DNA of 64,000 nt from a bacterium (GTDB taxonomy: Bacteria; Eisenbacteria; RBG-16-71-46), in assembly GCA_043779265.1 (NCBI GenBank), contig JAYWEM010000084.1, positions 3,768 to 67,767 of the forward strand, written 5' to 3'. The notes below the pieces were generated by a model. That model was not told the DNA's origin, did not search any database, and saw only the letters and a list, made by a program, of their open reading frames with translations. A program made the translations under genes and the position numbers. Below, one piece after another: positions 1-8,932 of the stretch (the stretch's first letter is position 1; every line of letters begins with the position of its first letter).

Positions 1-1642
1 CGAGGGGCGTGCACCCGACGCGCGCTCCAAGGAGGACGATGCCGCCGAGGCGGCGATGAGCGTGGAGCAGAAGCTCCACTTCCAGATCCTGCACCGCAAA
101 CCCGCCGGCATCGAGGCGCTGGTCGATGAGGCGGTCAAGCGGCAGGACCCGGTCGTCGTGCTCAATACCGTTCTGCTGCCGGCGATGAAGGAAGTCGGCG
201 ACAAGTTCGGCTCCGGCGAGTTGATCCTGCCGTTCGTGCTGCAGAGCGCCGAGGTGATGAAGAAGGCGGTGGCTCAACTCGAGCGCTATCTGGAGAAGAG
301 CGGCGATGTGACCAAGGGCCGCGTGGTGCTCGCCACGGTGTTCGGCGACGTGCACGACATCGGCAAGAACCTGGTCAAGACGATCCTGAGCAACAACGGT
401 TACACCGTCTACGATCTGGGCAAGCAGGTGCCGGTGCAGCGCATCCTCGAGAAGGCGCAGGAGGTCGGGGCCACCGCCATCGGCCTGTCGGCGTTGCTCG
501 TCTCGACGAGCAAGCAGATGCCGATCTGCGTCGGCGAGCTGCATCGCCTGAGTCTCGAGTACCCGCTGCTGATCGGCGGCGCGGCGATCAACCGCAACTT
601 CGGGCGGCGTGCCGCGCTGATCGGCGGCGAGGTTCTGTACGCGCCTGGCGTCTACTACTGCAAGGACGCGTTCGAGGGCCTCGATGTCATGAACGCGCTG
701 ACCGACCCAGTGGAGGCTCCCAAGCTGATCGAGCGTTCCAAGCGCGAGGCGTTCGAGTTCAAGACCAAGTCCGCCGAGTTGGAGCAGCGCGCCGCCGCAT
801 CGAGCGCGCAGCAGAAGGACTTCAAGGTCACGGTCTCGCGCGATGTCACCATCCCGGCGCCGCCGTTCTGGGGCCCGCGCGTCACCACCAGCAAGCAGGT
901 CCCGTTCGCCGGCATGTACGAGGGGATGGACCTGAAGACCCTGTACCGGCTCCACTGGGGCGCTCGTGGCACGGGAGCGCCGTACGATGCGCTCATCGCC
1001 AGCGACTTCGAGCCGCGACGCCTCAAGCTCCAGCACGAGGCCGAGCACAAGGGCTGGCTGCGGCCGATCGCCTCGTACGGCTACTTCCCGTGCCAGAGCG
1101 AGGGCCAGGATCTCGTCGTCTATGACGCGACTGCGTTCCACCCTGGCTCGCTCACACCGCGCGGCAAGATCGAGGAAGTGGCGCGATTCACGTTCCCGCG
1201 TCAGGAGGACCGAGAGGGGCTTTGCCTTTCGGACTACTTCCTGCCGGCGGATGGCTCCAAGTTCGATGTGATCGCGTTCCAGATCGTCACCGTCGGCAGC
1301 GGTGCAGATGAACTGTGCGCTGCGCTCAACGCGCGTGGCGAGTACGCCGACGCGCTGTTCATCCACGGGCTCGCGATGGCCGCCACCGAAGGCCTCGCCG
1401 AGTGGCACCACCGCCACATGCGCGCCGAGCTCGGATTGGGCGCCGACCGCGGCAAGCGCTACTCGTTCGGCTACAGCGCCTGCCCCGATCTGGCCGACCA
1501 GGCCAAGCTGTTCCAGCTGCTGCAGCCCGACACCTCGATCGGCGTGACGCTGACGAGCGCCTTCCAGCTGGTGCCGGAGGCCTCGACGAGCGCGTTGGTC
1601 GTGCACCACCCCGAAGCGCTCTACTACATGGTGCGCGAGTAG
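1..1642 (+). CDS. metH: methionine synthase MetH, C-terminal part (B12-binding and AdoMet-reactivation domains). The 5' end lies beyond the window start; the reading frame is open from position 2.
   Basis: DxHxxG-type cobalamin-binding motif (GDVHDIGKNLV) followed by a Rossmann-like B12 domain and a C-terminal activation domain ending VHHPEALYYMVRE. The frame stays open to the left window edge. Confidence 0.85.
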   Translation, partial: EGRAPDARSKEDDAAEAAMSVEQKLHFQILHRKPAGIEALVDEAVKRQDPVVVLNTVLLPAMKEVGDKFGSGELILPFVLQSAEVMKKAVAQLERYLEKSGDVTKGRVVLATVFGDVHDIGKNLVKTILSNNGYTVYDLGKQVPVQRILEKAQEVGATAIGLSALLVSTSKQMPICVGELHRLSLEYPLLIGGAAINRNFGRRAALIGGEVLYAPGVYYCKDAFEGLDVMNALTDPVEAPKLIERSKREAFEFKTKSAELEQRAAASSAQQKDFKVTVSRDVTIPAPPFWGPRVTTSKQVPFAGMYEGMDLKTLYRLHWGARGTGAPYDALIASDFEPRRLKLQHEAEHKGWLRPIASYGYFPCQSEGQDLVVYDATAFHPGSLTPRGKIEEVARFTFPRQEDREGLCLSDYFLPADGSKFDVIAFQIVTVGSGADELCAALNARGEYADALFIHGLAMAATEGLAEWHHRHMRAELGLGADRGKRYSFGYSACPDLADQAKLFQLLQPDTSIGVTLTSAFQLVPEASTSALVVHHPEALYYMVRE

Positions 1643-1673
1643 CGTTTCGGCGCCGCTGCCAGAGGAGCTCGGG

Positions 1674-2270
1674 ATGCCGGGATTCGACGTGGTGCCGGTC
1701 ACGCTCGAGGGCGAGCACGTTCGCATGGAGCCGCTCGATCTGGCGCGGCATGGCGCCGGGCTCGAGGCGATCGGGCTCGAGCCCTCGCTGTGGGCGTTCA
1801 CGATGAACCAGGTCCGGAGCCTCGGGGACCTGCGCGCCTATCTGCGGACAGCGGTCGATGAACGGCGAGACGGCGTCTCGCTGCCGTTCGCCACGATCCA
1901 TCGCGCGAGCGGCGAGGTCGCCGGGTGCACCCGGTTCGGGAGCATCGTCGTGCCGCACCGGCGCGTCGAGATCGGCTGGACCTGGGTGGGCGCCGCATAC
2001 CGCCGAACCGCCGTCAACACCGAGGCCAAGCGCCTCATGCTCCGTCACGCCTTCGAGGTCTGGGGCGTGAACCGCGTGGAGCTGAAGACCGGCGCGCTCA
2101 ACTGGCCGTCCCGCAATGCGATGACGCGGCTGGGGCTGGTGGAGGAGGGCACGCTGCGCCAACACGTGGTGCAGGACGACGGATCCACGCGCGACAACGT
2201 CTACTTCAGCATCGTGCGCGAGGAATGGCCGGCGATGGACGCACGACTCGCGGCGATGCTCGCGCGCTGA
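1674..2270 (+). CDS. GNAT family N-acetyltransferase
   Basis: 198-aa ORF with an acetyl-CoA binding core (RVEIGWTWVGAAYRRTAVNTEAKRLMLRHAFEVWGVNRVEL), typical of RimJ/RimL-like GNATs. GGAGC lies upstream of the ATG. Confidence 0.8.
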   Translation: MPGFDVVPVTLEGEHVRMEPLDLARHGAGLEAIGLEPSLWAFTMNQVRSLGDLRAYLRTAVDERRDGVSLPFATIHRASGEVAGCTRFGSIVVPHRRVEIGWTWVGAAYRRTAVNTEAKRLMLRHAFEVWGVNRVELKTGALNWPSRNAMTRLGLVEEGTLRQHVVQDDGSTRDNVYFSIVREEWPAMDARLAAMLAR

Positions 2271-2274
2271 TCGC

Positions 2275-5200
2275 TCAGCGACCGGTGGCCACGAACGCGG
2301 CCCAGTAGAACGGATGCGTGCTGCGCTTGGCGTCGCGCCGCGCCGCGAGCACACGCGAGTGCGCGCGGCGGATCGCAGCCGCCGCCTCGGTGACGCCGGC
2401 AGCACGCGCGTCGTAGAGCTCGCGCATCCACTCCCGCGTGGCCGCATCCTCGACGGCCCACAGGCTGGCGATCACCGTGCGCGCACCGCTGAGCTGGAAT
2501 GCGCGCCGCATTCCCAGCGAGCCCTGATGCGGCCATTGCGACGCCATGCCGGCGTGGCACGCGGAGAGCACCACCCAGTCGACGGCGCGCAGGTCGAGCA
2601 GCGAGACCTCCTCGGCCGTGAGCCAGCCATCGGAGTCAGCGACCCCGCGGTCTTCGGCGCCAGCCTCACCGGTGAGCGCCAACAGCACACGACGCCCCAG
2701 CCAAGGCAGCTCGGCCGGCTCCGGCCGCGTCGGCTTTGCCAAGACACCCGGATGCCGCCGTGCTGTCGCGGAGGCCTCGACGCGCGACACGCCTCCCACG
2801 CCGCGCATCCCCACCGAGGGCGTGCGGCAGGTGTCCTCGAGTACGACGCCATGGGTCGCCAGGTGCAGGATCGTGCTGCGGGGCGCCTCGCGACGGAACG
2901 CCATCTCCGAGGCCTGAGCGCCCACCAGTGCCACCGCGTGGCCGCCCCGTTGTGTCCAGGCGAGCGCCAAGTCGGCGACTTCGAGGCGGGCGGACGGCAG
3001 TGACTCGAGCCGAGCACGCGTCACGGGCGTGCAATCGGACGAGCCATCACGCAGGGCCAAGAGCTCCCCGGTTCGCGAGGCGCGAGCGCCTCTCTCGCCG
3101 AACTCGGGATCTCCCAGTGCCAGGAGCTGGCCATCGGATCGAGTCGCTGCCGTGCGCAGACGCTCGCGTTCGGACGAGAGCACGCGAAGGGCCGGTCCGG
3201 ACTCGACGAGGAAGCGCCCCGCGTCGGTGGGAAGAGCGCCCCAGGGCAGGTCCAACACCAGTCCGTCCTCGACGACGTCGATGTGAGTCGTCGGCCCCAG
3301 GGCCGCGACCACCGGGTCCCAGAGCCGCTCGCGCACCGCCATCCCCGCAGCGCGACACGCTCGCTCTGCGCGGGTCCGCCCCTGCGCCGACTGCGCCGGG
3401 CTCGCCTCGAGTTGGTCCCGCCATGCATCGACCAGCGCGCGCAGTTCGGCCGTCGGTCCGAGGTCGATGCAGCGGGGCGTGCGGTCCTCTCCCGTGGCCA
3501 GCAATGCGAGCAGACGCTCGCGGCCTCGCCCGATACTCACGTCCGCGAACGAGACGATGGCTTCATCGGAGGCAAGCGTTCCGAGCACACCCTGCAGGCT
3601 GGCGGCGGTCTCCGGAGCGCTCGCGCGTTCACCGGCGAGCCGGACGTAGCGGCGTTCCTCCTCCTCGGCCGTGACGCGAGCTGCATCGGCGCGCTCGCGC
3701 CAGGCGGCGCCATGCTCGGCGGCGCCCGGGGCCACGATGAGGCGAGCGAGCCGACGTTGCGCCGCTGCCCAGGAGCGATGGGCGTCACGCAGTGCCGGGT
3801 CATCGTCTGTGGGGGTTCGCAGTCGCGCGATCTCGTCCTGGACGGCGCCGCGCCACCCGACGAGCCGGTCCCATGCCGTCGCCAGACGGCCACTCGGTGC
3901 GTCGGCGGCGAGCCAGAGCAGGACATCGAGCGAGCTCGACAGCTGATGCGCGAGCTCGAGTGCGCGGGACTCGGGCATGCCGCGAGCGTCGGAGAGCGCC
4001 TTGATGAGCGCCAGCGAGTCGGTCGTGAACGCGTGCGCCCAAGCGTCCTCCACGAGTCCGACGCGAGCCTCGGCTCGGGCACGCGCCAACTGGACGGACG
4101 AGAACACGTTGTTGCGGCGCAATCCGGTCGAGTCCGCGATGCGCTCGAATGCCATCCCCAGCTCCCGGACTTTCACGGCCTGTCCCGTGACCTCCGACAG
4201 TTCGAAGAGCCCCCGCACGAGCTCCGCCCGGATCGTGCCGCGTTCATCTTGAGTATGCGAGGCGCGTTCGAGAGCGAGCTCGAGATCCGTGCGCGCCGCA
4301 TCAGGCTGCGCCCTTCCGGCGCGGATACCGGCGTGCACATGTCGGATGAACAGCAGGTTCGAGTCGTGGCGAATCGAATCGGCCATCGCGAGCCGGCGCG
4401 CCTCCTCGAGGAGCAGGAGCGCACCCGTTGTGTCCCCGATCATGCTGCGTGCCTCGGCGCGGTAGATCGTGTTGTTGACGGCGAGGAAGTGGTCCGGTCC
4501 GAGATTCCGGCTCAGCAATGCGACGGCACGCGCGAACTCGCGTTCGGCCGCACGCCAGTCGCTGACGAGCGCCAGCCGCAAGCCGAGCAGTGCGTGCAGC
4601 CGCCCGACGGCGAGCGTCGAGTCGCCCTCGGCGCGCCGAGTCAGCTCGAGCGCGCGTTGAGCGAAATCGACGGATTCACTCAGGTCCCCGAGGTTGCGCG
4701 CCAGGATCGAGAGGCTGCGGTAGAGAGGACCCAGAGTCCGCGCATGCGCGATCGGATCGCCCTCGAGGATCTGCCGCGCCTCGTGAAGTGCGGCCAGCGC
4801 GCTGTCGTAATCGGCCGCGGCTGTTGCGGCCACACCCAGGTCGGTGAGCATCTCGCCGACGCGCTGCAGGTTCCCGGGACGCGTCCGGTCGAGCATGCTG
4901 GCACCGGCTCGCATGCCATGCATCGCGGGCGACCACTGACGAAGCATCGCCTGTGCGCGACCCCGCAGGAAGGCGCACTCGCCGCGCAGCGAGTCGTCGT
5001 GGATCGCACGCGGCTCGAGCCCGGCGAGCATGAGGAGCGCGCTGTCGGGCTGTCCCCATCCGATTCGCAGGGCGGCGCCGATCAGACGCATGCGGGCAGC
5101 GGTGCTGGCCTGCCCAGGCAGGCGATCATGGAGTTCCGCTGCGATTCGCACGCTCGCGATCGCTGCATCGCGGCGCGGTGTGCGCCCCGTCCACGCGATT

Positions 5201-5451
5201 TCGGCACGTTCCCTGTGCACTCTGGCCAGCAGCGCGGTGTCGCGGCTGGCCAGCGATGCGAGGTGCGCGAGCAGGTCGCGCGCAAGGCTGTCCGCGAGCA
5301 CGAGCTGACGAGCCTCTCGCGCTGCACGGATCTGGCCGAGATCCGGGTCAGCTGCACTCCCACGCGGCGCGAGTAGAAGAAGCCCCATCACGGCCATCAA
5401 AGCGAATCGGACACACGTGGTGCGGCGGTGTGTGCTCCCCGCCCGGGTCAT
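2275..5451 (-). CDS. secreted TPR-repeat protein with a C-terminal CHAT (caspase-like) domain
   Basis: The ORF is open up to 6384, but I place the start at the ATG at 5449-5451, which overlaps the kinase stop (ATGA). That start gives an N-terminal signal peptide (MTRAGSTHRRTTCVRFALMAVMGLLLLAPRGSAADP). The middle is a long helical, TPR-like region. The C-terminus has the CHAT signature (His/Cys dyad context VLSACHAG, ending PFYWAAFVATGR). Confidence 0.75.
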   Translation of the reverse strand: MTRAGSTHRRTTCVRFALMAVMGLLLLAPRGSAADPDLGQIRAAREARQLVLADSLARDLLAHLASLASRDTALLARVHRERAEIAWTGRTPRRDAAIASVRIAAELHDRLPGQASTAARMRLIGAALRIGWGQPDSALLMLAGLEPRAIHDDSLRGECAFLRGRAQAMLRQWSPAMHGMRAGASMLDRTRPGNLQRVGEMLTDLGVAATAAADYDSALAALHEARQILEGDPIAHARTLGPLYRSLSILARNLGDLSESVDFAQRALELTRRAEGDSTLAVGRLHALLGLRLALVSDWRAAEREFARAVALLSRNLGPDHFLAVNNTIYRAEARSMIGDTTGALLLLEEARRLAMADSIRHDSNLLFIRHVHAGIRAGRAQPDAARTDLELALERASHTQDERGTIRAELVRGLFELSEVTGQAVKVRELGMAFERIADSTGLRRNNVFSSVQLARARAEARVGLVEDAWAHAFTTDSLALIKALSDARGMPESRALELAHQLSSSLDVLLWLAADAPSGRLATAWDRLVGWRGAVQDEIARLRTPTDDDPALRDAHRSWAAAQRRLARLIVAPGAAEHGAAWRERADAARVTAEEEERRYVRLAGERASAPETAASLQGVLGTLASDEAIVSFADVSIGRGRERLLALLATGEDRTPRCIDLGPTAELRALVDAWRDQLEASPAQSAQGRTRAERACRAAGMAVRERLWDPVVAALGPTTHIDVVEDGLVLDLPWGALPTDAGRFLVESGPALRVLSSERERLRTAATRSDGQLLALGDPEFGERGARASRTGELLALRDGSSDCTPVTRARLESLPSARLEVADLALAWTQRGGHAVALVGAQASEMAFRREAPRSTILHLATHGVVLEDTCRTPSVGMRGVGGVSRVEASATARRHPGVLAKPTRPEPAELPWLGRRVLLALTGEAGAEDRGVADSDGWLTAEEVSLLDLRAVDWVVLSACHAGMASQWPHQGSLGMRRAFQLSGARTVIASLWAVEDAATREWMRELYDARAAGVTEAAAAIRRAHSRVLAARRDAKRSTHPFYWAAFVATGR

Positions 5452-7175
5452 CGCACTGGATTCTCCAAGGTCACCTGTCGCACCCACACGCCGCGGACAT
5501 CGCGTTCGCGGCCGGCGAGCGAGTGGAAGCGGTCGAACGTCCCGGCGCGCTGCGGTGCGGCATCGGAGGGCACGGCGCTCACGCCGCCGACTCCACGCAG
5601 ACGCTCGACCGACGCGGCCGGGATCATGGCGTAGCGAGGCGCGCGGCCGGGCGTGGGCGCGGGCAGGCGCGCCAGCTCGGCCTCCAGCTCCGAGACGGGT
5701 TCGAGGCTGGCGATCACCAGGAAGTGCTCGCGTCCGCCGCGGCTCGTGACGGTCCAGGCACTCACGTCGCCGCCCATGGTGCCGGGGAGCAGGAGCGTGG
5801 TGTCGGCGGGCAGCGGATTCTGCAGCTCGAAGAGCGGCTGCGGGAAGAGCAGATAGGACTCGCCCCGCTCGTCTTCGTTGAGCAAGTAGACATGCGCCGG
5901 ACGAGTGGCGCGGAACTCGAGCGCCAGCTGGTCGCCGGGTCCGACACGATCTCCCGTCGAGAGGCGCGCGCGCTGGCCGTCGTTGCGGCGGACGATCGAG
6001 GCTTCGAGGTCGAACGTCGGCAGGGCAGTGGACACCGAGGTGGCCGCGGGAATCGGCGCCGGGGCCTTGGCGGGCTGTCGCAGCACGAGCCAGCCCGCGA
6101 ACACCATGGCGGCTGCGGCCGCGACGGTGAGCAGCATGCGCACTGGCGAAGGCTCGACGCGAGGTGGCACGAGCGCCATCTCGAGCGCGGTGCCCATCTC
6201 CTCGGCGTTGGCGAAGCGCGCCTCGGGCGAAGCGGCCATCGCGCACTCGATCGTGGCGATGAGCCCGGCGGGGAGGTCGGGGCGTTCCTCGTGCAGCGAG
6301 CGCTTGGCGCCCGCGCTCGATTGCTCGCGCAGTTCTCCCATCGTCCGCGCGGTGAACGGCGGCCTGCCGGTGAGCGCGCACCACAAAGTGACGCCGAGCG
6401 CGTACAGGTCGGAGCGCGTCGTGGCCGATTCGCCCGAGAGCCGCTCCGGTGCCATGAACATGGGTGTGCCCGAGATGCGGAGCGGGTCATCGTCCTGGAG
6501 TGCGCGTCGCTGCCCGAGTCCGAAATCGGTGAGCACGACACGATGCTCCTCGGTGAGCACGACGTTCGCGGGCTTGATGTCGCGGTGCAGCAGGCCGCCG
6601 GCGTGCACGGCCGTGAGTGCGCGCGAGATCGCGACGCCGATGCGCACGACCTCGGCGGCGGGGAGCGGTCCCATGCGCTCGATCCGCTGCGCCAGATCCT
6701 CGCCACGGAGGAACTCCATCCACAGGCCGATCTGGCCCGCCTCCTCGCCGATTCCGTACACGCTCACCACCTCGGGGTGCCGGAGCCGAGCGAGCGCGCG
6801 AGCCTCCTCGAGGAGGGGATGGTCATTCCCCGCGAGTCCGGGGCGCATCAGCTTGAGCGCCACCTCGCGCTCGAGCGTGGGATCCCACGCTCGATACACC
6901 TCGCCGCTCGCGCCCGCGCCGACCTGTTCGAGCAGGAGCAGCGAACCCCAGCGTCGAGTCCCGGCTGCGGCCGCCGCCAAGGGCGACTTCGAGCCCGATG
7001 GGCTCCGTTGCAGCGCGCGATTGAACTCGACGATGCGGGCCACGTCACGAAGCGCATCGATCTGCGAGCGCTCGAGTGTGCTGCCCGGACGTTCGCTCTC
7101 GGCCTGCCAATCGACCGCGAGGCCCTCGGACACCGAGCTGAGAAGCGTGTCGAGCGGATCGTCAGGTGCGCTCAT
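5448..7175 (-). CDS. membrane Ser/Thr protein kinase with a C-terminal extracytoplasmic domain
   Basis: Hanks-type kinase motifs: glycine loop GAGASGEVY, VALK, HRDIKPANVVL and DFG. A transmembrane helix (LLTVAAAAAMVFAGWLVL) is followed by an extracytoplasmic domain of roughly 200 aa. The start overlaps the 3' end of the upstream sigma gene by 14 bp. Confidence 0.85.
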   Translation of the reverse strand: MSAPDDPLDTLLSSVSEGLAVDWQAESERPGSTLERSQIDALRDVARIVEFNRALQRSPSGSKSPLAAAAAGTRRWGSLLLLEQVGAGASGEVYRAWDPTLEREVALKLMRPGLAGNDHPLLEEARALARLRHPEVVSVYGIGEEAGQIGLWMEFLRGEDLAQRIERMGPLPAAEVVRIGVAISRALTAVHAGGLLHRDIKPANVVLTEEHRVVLTDFGLGQRRALQDDDPLRISGTPMFMAPERLSGESATTRSDLYALGVTLWCALTGRPPFTARTMGELREQSSAGAKRSLHEERPDLPAGLIATIECAMAASPEARFANAEEMGTALEMALVPPRVEPSPVRMLLTVAAAAAMVFAGWLVLRQPAKAPAPIPAATSVSTALPTFDLEASIVRRNDGQRARLSTGDRVGPGDQLALEFRATRPAHVYLLNEDERGESYLLFPQPLFELQNPLPADTTLLLPGTMGGDVSAWTVTSRGGREHFLVIASLEPVSELEAELARLPAPTPGRAPRYAMIPAASVERLRGVGGVSAVPSDAAPQRAGTFDRFHSLAGRERDVRGVWVRQVTLENPVR

Positions 7176-7797
7176 GTCCCATCTCCTCGGCGAGGCGCCG
7201 GAGCGCTCGCTTCACGGCCATCCGTACCGCGTCCCGGCTCGACCGCTCGGTCATGGCGGCGATCTCACCGTGGTCGTAGTCCAACTCGATGTGCAGGTGC
7301 AGCAGTTCGCGGTCTTCGGCGCTGAGTGTCTGCATCGCGCGCTCGTAGCGATCGACCACGTCGGACCCGATGGCGTCCTCGAGCGGGGACGGGGAGGGGT
7401 CGTGCAGATCCTCGGGAAGGCCGTCGGGCCCGGGCCGCCGATTCGCGTAGCGCACCTGGTCGCGGATCCGATTGAGCACCGCCTGGCGCACATAGGCCTG
7501 GAACCCGCCCGGCCCGCGCACCTCGATGCGATCGAGTCCCTGCACCGTCCGCATCAGGGTCTCCTGCACGAGGTCGTGTGTGTCGAGCAGTGAGCGGGCG
7601 CGCGACGGCAGCCGCCCGCTCGCCCAGCGCTGGAGGCGGGGGAGGTAGCGTGCCATGAGCGACTCGAGCGCCCGCGCATCGCCGGACTTGGCGCGCTGGA
7701 GCAGGTCGGTCGTGATGAGCAGGTCGTCCTCGGGTGAGCCCGAGGAGGGATCAGCGGGCAACAGGGCACCTCGAAGTGAGTCGGGTTCGAATCCCAC
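7162..7797 (-). CDS. ECF-type RNA polymerase sigma factor
   Basis: Sigma-70 region 2 (DLVQETLMRTVQGLDRI ... YVRQAVLNRIRD) and a region-4 HTH. It is the first gene of the sigma / kinase / CHAT operon. Confidence 0.8.
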   Translation of the reverse strand: MGFEPDSLRGALLPADPSSGSPEDDLLITTDLLQRAKSGDARALESLMARYLPRLQRWASGRLPSRARSLLDTHDLVQETLMRTVQGLDRIEVRGPGGFQAYVRQAVLNRIRDQVRYANRRPGPDGLPEDLHDPSPSPLEDAIGSDVVDRYERAMQTLSAEDRELLHLHIELDYDHGEIAAMTERSSRDAVRMAVKRALRRLAEEMGHERT

Positions 7798-7888
7798 TTC
7801 TGAGCATACCCGTCCGCTCGACCGCGCGTCGTGGGGGGTGTGTCGTCGAGTCGCATACCCTACTTACGCCCGAGGCCGGGCAGGCGAA

Positions 7889-7912
7889 CAGCCTCCCGCT
7901 TGCGGGAGGCCC
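7889..7912 (-). terminator. GC hairpin downstream of the alpha/beta-hydrolase gene and upstream of the ECF sigma promoter region
   Basis: cctcccgc-ttg-cgggagg inverted repeat between the two minus-strand genes. No T tract. Confidence 0.3.
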
Positions 7913-7932
7913 ACCGGGCGGCCCCATCGGAA

Positions 7933-8883
7933 TCACACGGTCCGCGATTTCCTCGCGATGCCCCTGGCCGCCGAGGCCACCTGCTCGATATGCGTGCGGA
8001 CAAGCCAATGGCCGGACTCGGGGAAGGTCTCGAGCGTCAGGCGTCCCGCCCGCGCCAGCGGCGCGGCATTCTCGCGCGACGGCGTGATCCGATCGCCTTC
8101 GCCGACCATGACGTGGGCGACGAGGCTCGCGGCCTTCAGGTCCTCGGTCAGGCGTGCGAGGTCGCCCTCCAGCGCCGCCAGGTTCCCGAGGGACGCCTGG
8201 ATCTGGATGGGCGAGAGAGGGAACGCCCGGGAGGCCGACCAGCCACCCGGCACCGGCGCGGGATGCCAGGCATCAGCACGAGTCCCGGGCGATGCGAACC
8301 GCCCCACCGGGACACCCAGTGCGAGCACGGCCGCATCGGCGAACCGACCGAGCCCTGAGAGCCCGACCCAGATGCGCGTACTGCCCGTGACGCGTCCGAT
8401 CGGGGCCACCGCGAGCACCCCCGCGATGCGATCGGGAGCATCGAGCGCCGTGCGCAGCACCAGAGCACCGCCATAGCTGTGACCGAGCAGATGCGCTCGC
8501 TGCACGCCGAGCGCATCGAGCAGTGAGATCACCGCGCGCGCCTCGCCGCTCAGGTCCAGTCGGCCCGTGATCGAGCGCCGACTGTGGCCGTGCCCGGGCC
8601 GATCCGGGACGATCACGCGGAAGTGGCGGGCGAGTTCGGAGATCAAGGCCTCGGGGAAGTCGGTCGCGTTGCCGTTCGCGCCATGCAGCAGCACGAGCAC
8701 GTCGCCTCGGCCCGCCTCGGTCACGTGCCGTGTGCCATCGACGGTCTCGACCATGCGACCGCGCGGCGGGTAGCGGCGTCGGACCGCGGCGTCATAGGCG
8801 AGCCCGATGGCGGCGAGTGCGCCGTACACCACTCCGGCGATGAGCAGGCCGTTCAAGCGGAACCCGGTTGCGCGACGACCCAC
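7933..8883 (-). CDS. alpha/beta-fold hydrolase
   Basis: HG oxyanion motif (VLLHGANGN) and nucleophile elbow GHSYGG, with the C-terminal catalytic His region. A GC hairpin (7889-7912) lies downstream of its stop. Confidence 0.75.
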   Translation of the reverse strand: MGRRATGFRLNGLLIAGVVYGALAAIGLAYDAAVRRRYPPRGRMVETVDGTRHVTEAGRGDVLVLLHGANGNATDFPEALISELARHFRVIVPDRPGHGHSRRSITGRLDLSGEARAVISLLDALGVQRAHLLGHSYGGALVLRTALDAPDRIAGVLAVAPIGRVTGSTRIWVGLSGLGRFADAAVLALGVPVGRFASPGTRADAWHPAPVPGGWSASRAFPLSPIQIQASLGNLAALEGDLARLTEDLKAASLVAHVMVGEGDRITPSRENAAPLARAGRLTLETFPESGHWLVRTHIEQVASAARGIARKSRTV

Positions 8884-8932
8884 CGGAGAGTTGCCCGGTG
8901 GGTCGCGTGCGATGCCGTCGGCCGAGCGAAGC

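Noticed and set aside
5452-6384. Upstream extension of the CHAT ORF to 6384
   Set aside because: It would overlap the kinase gene for over 900 bp in another frame. The internal ATG at 5451 yields a proper signal peptide and an ATGA overlap with the kinase stop.
3283-7593. Long plus-strand ORFs (3283-5376, 5178-7325, 5905-7593) lying antisense to the CHAT and kinase genes
   Set aside because: In a roughly 70% GC genome, stop-free antisense frames hundreds of codons long are expected. These have Arg/Ala/Gly-rich low-complexity translations and no domain signatures, while the opposite strand carries clear kinase and CHAT motifs.
7798-7932. ECF-type promoter (TGTTCG-N16-CGTAAG on the minus strand) upstream of the sigma gene at 7797
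   Set aside because: It only loosely resembles the AAC-N16-CGT ECF consensus, and nothing else in the window corroborates it.
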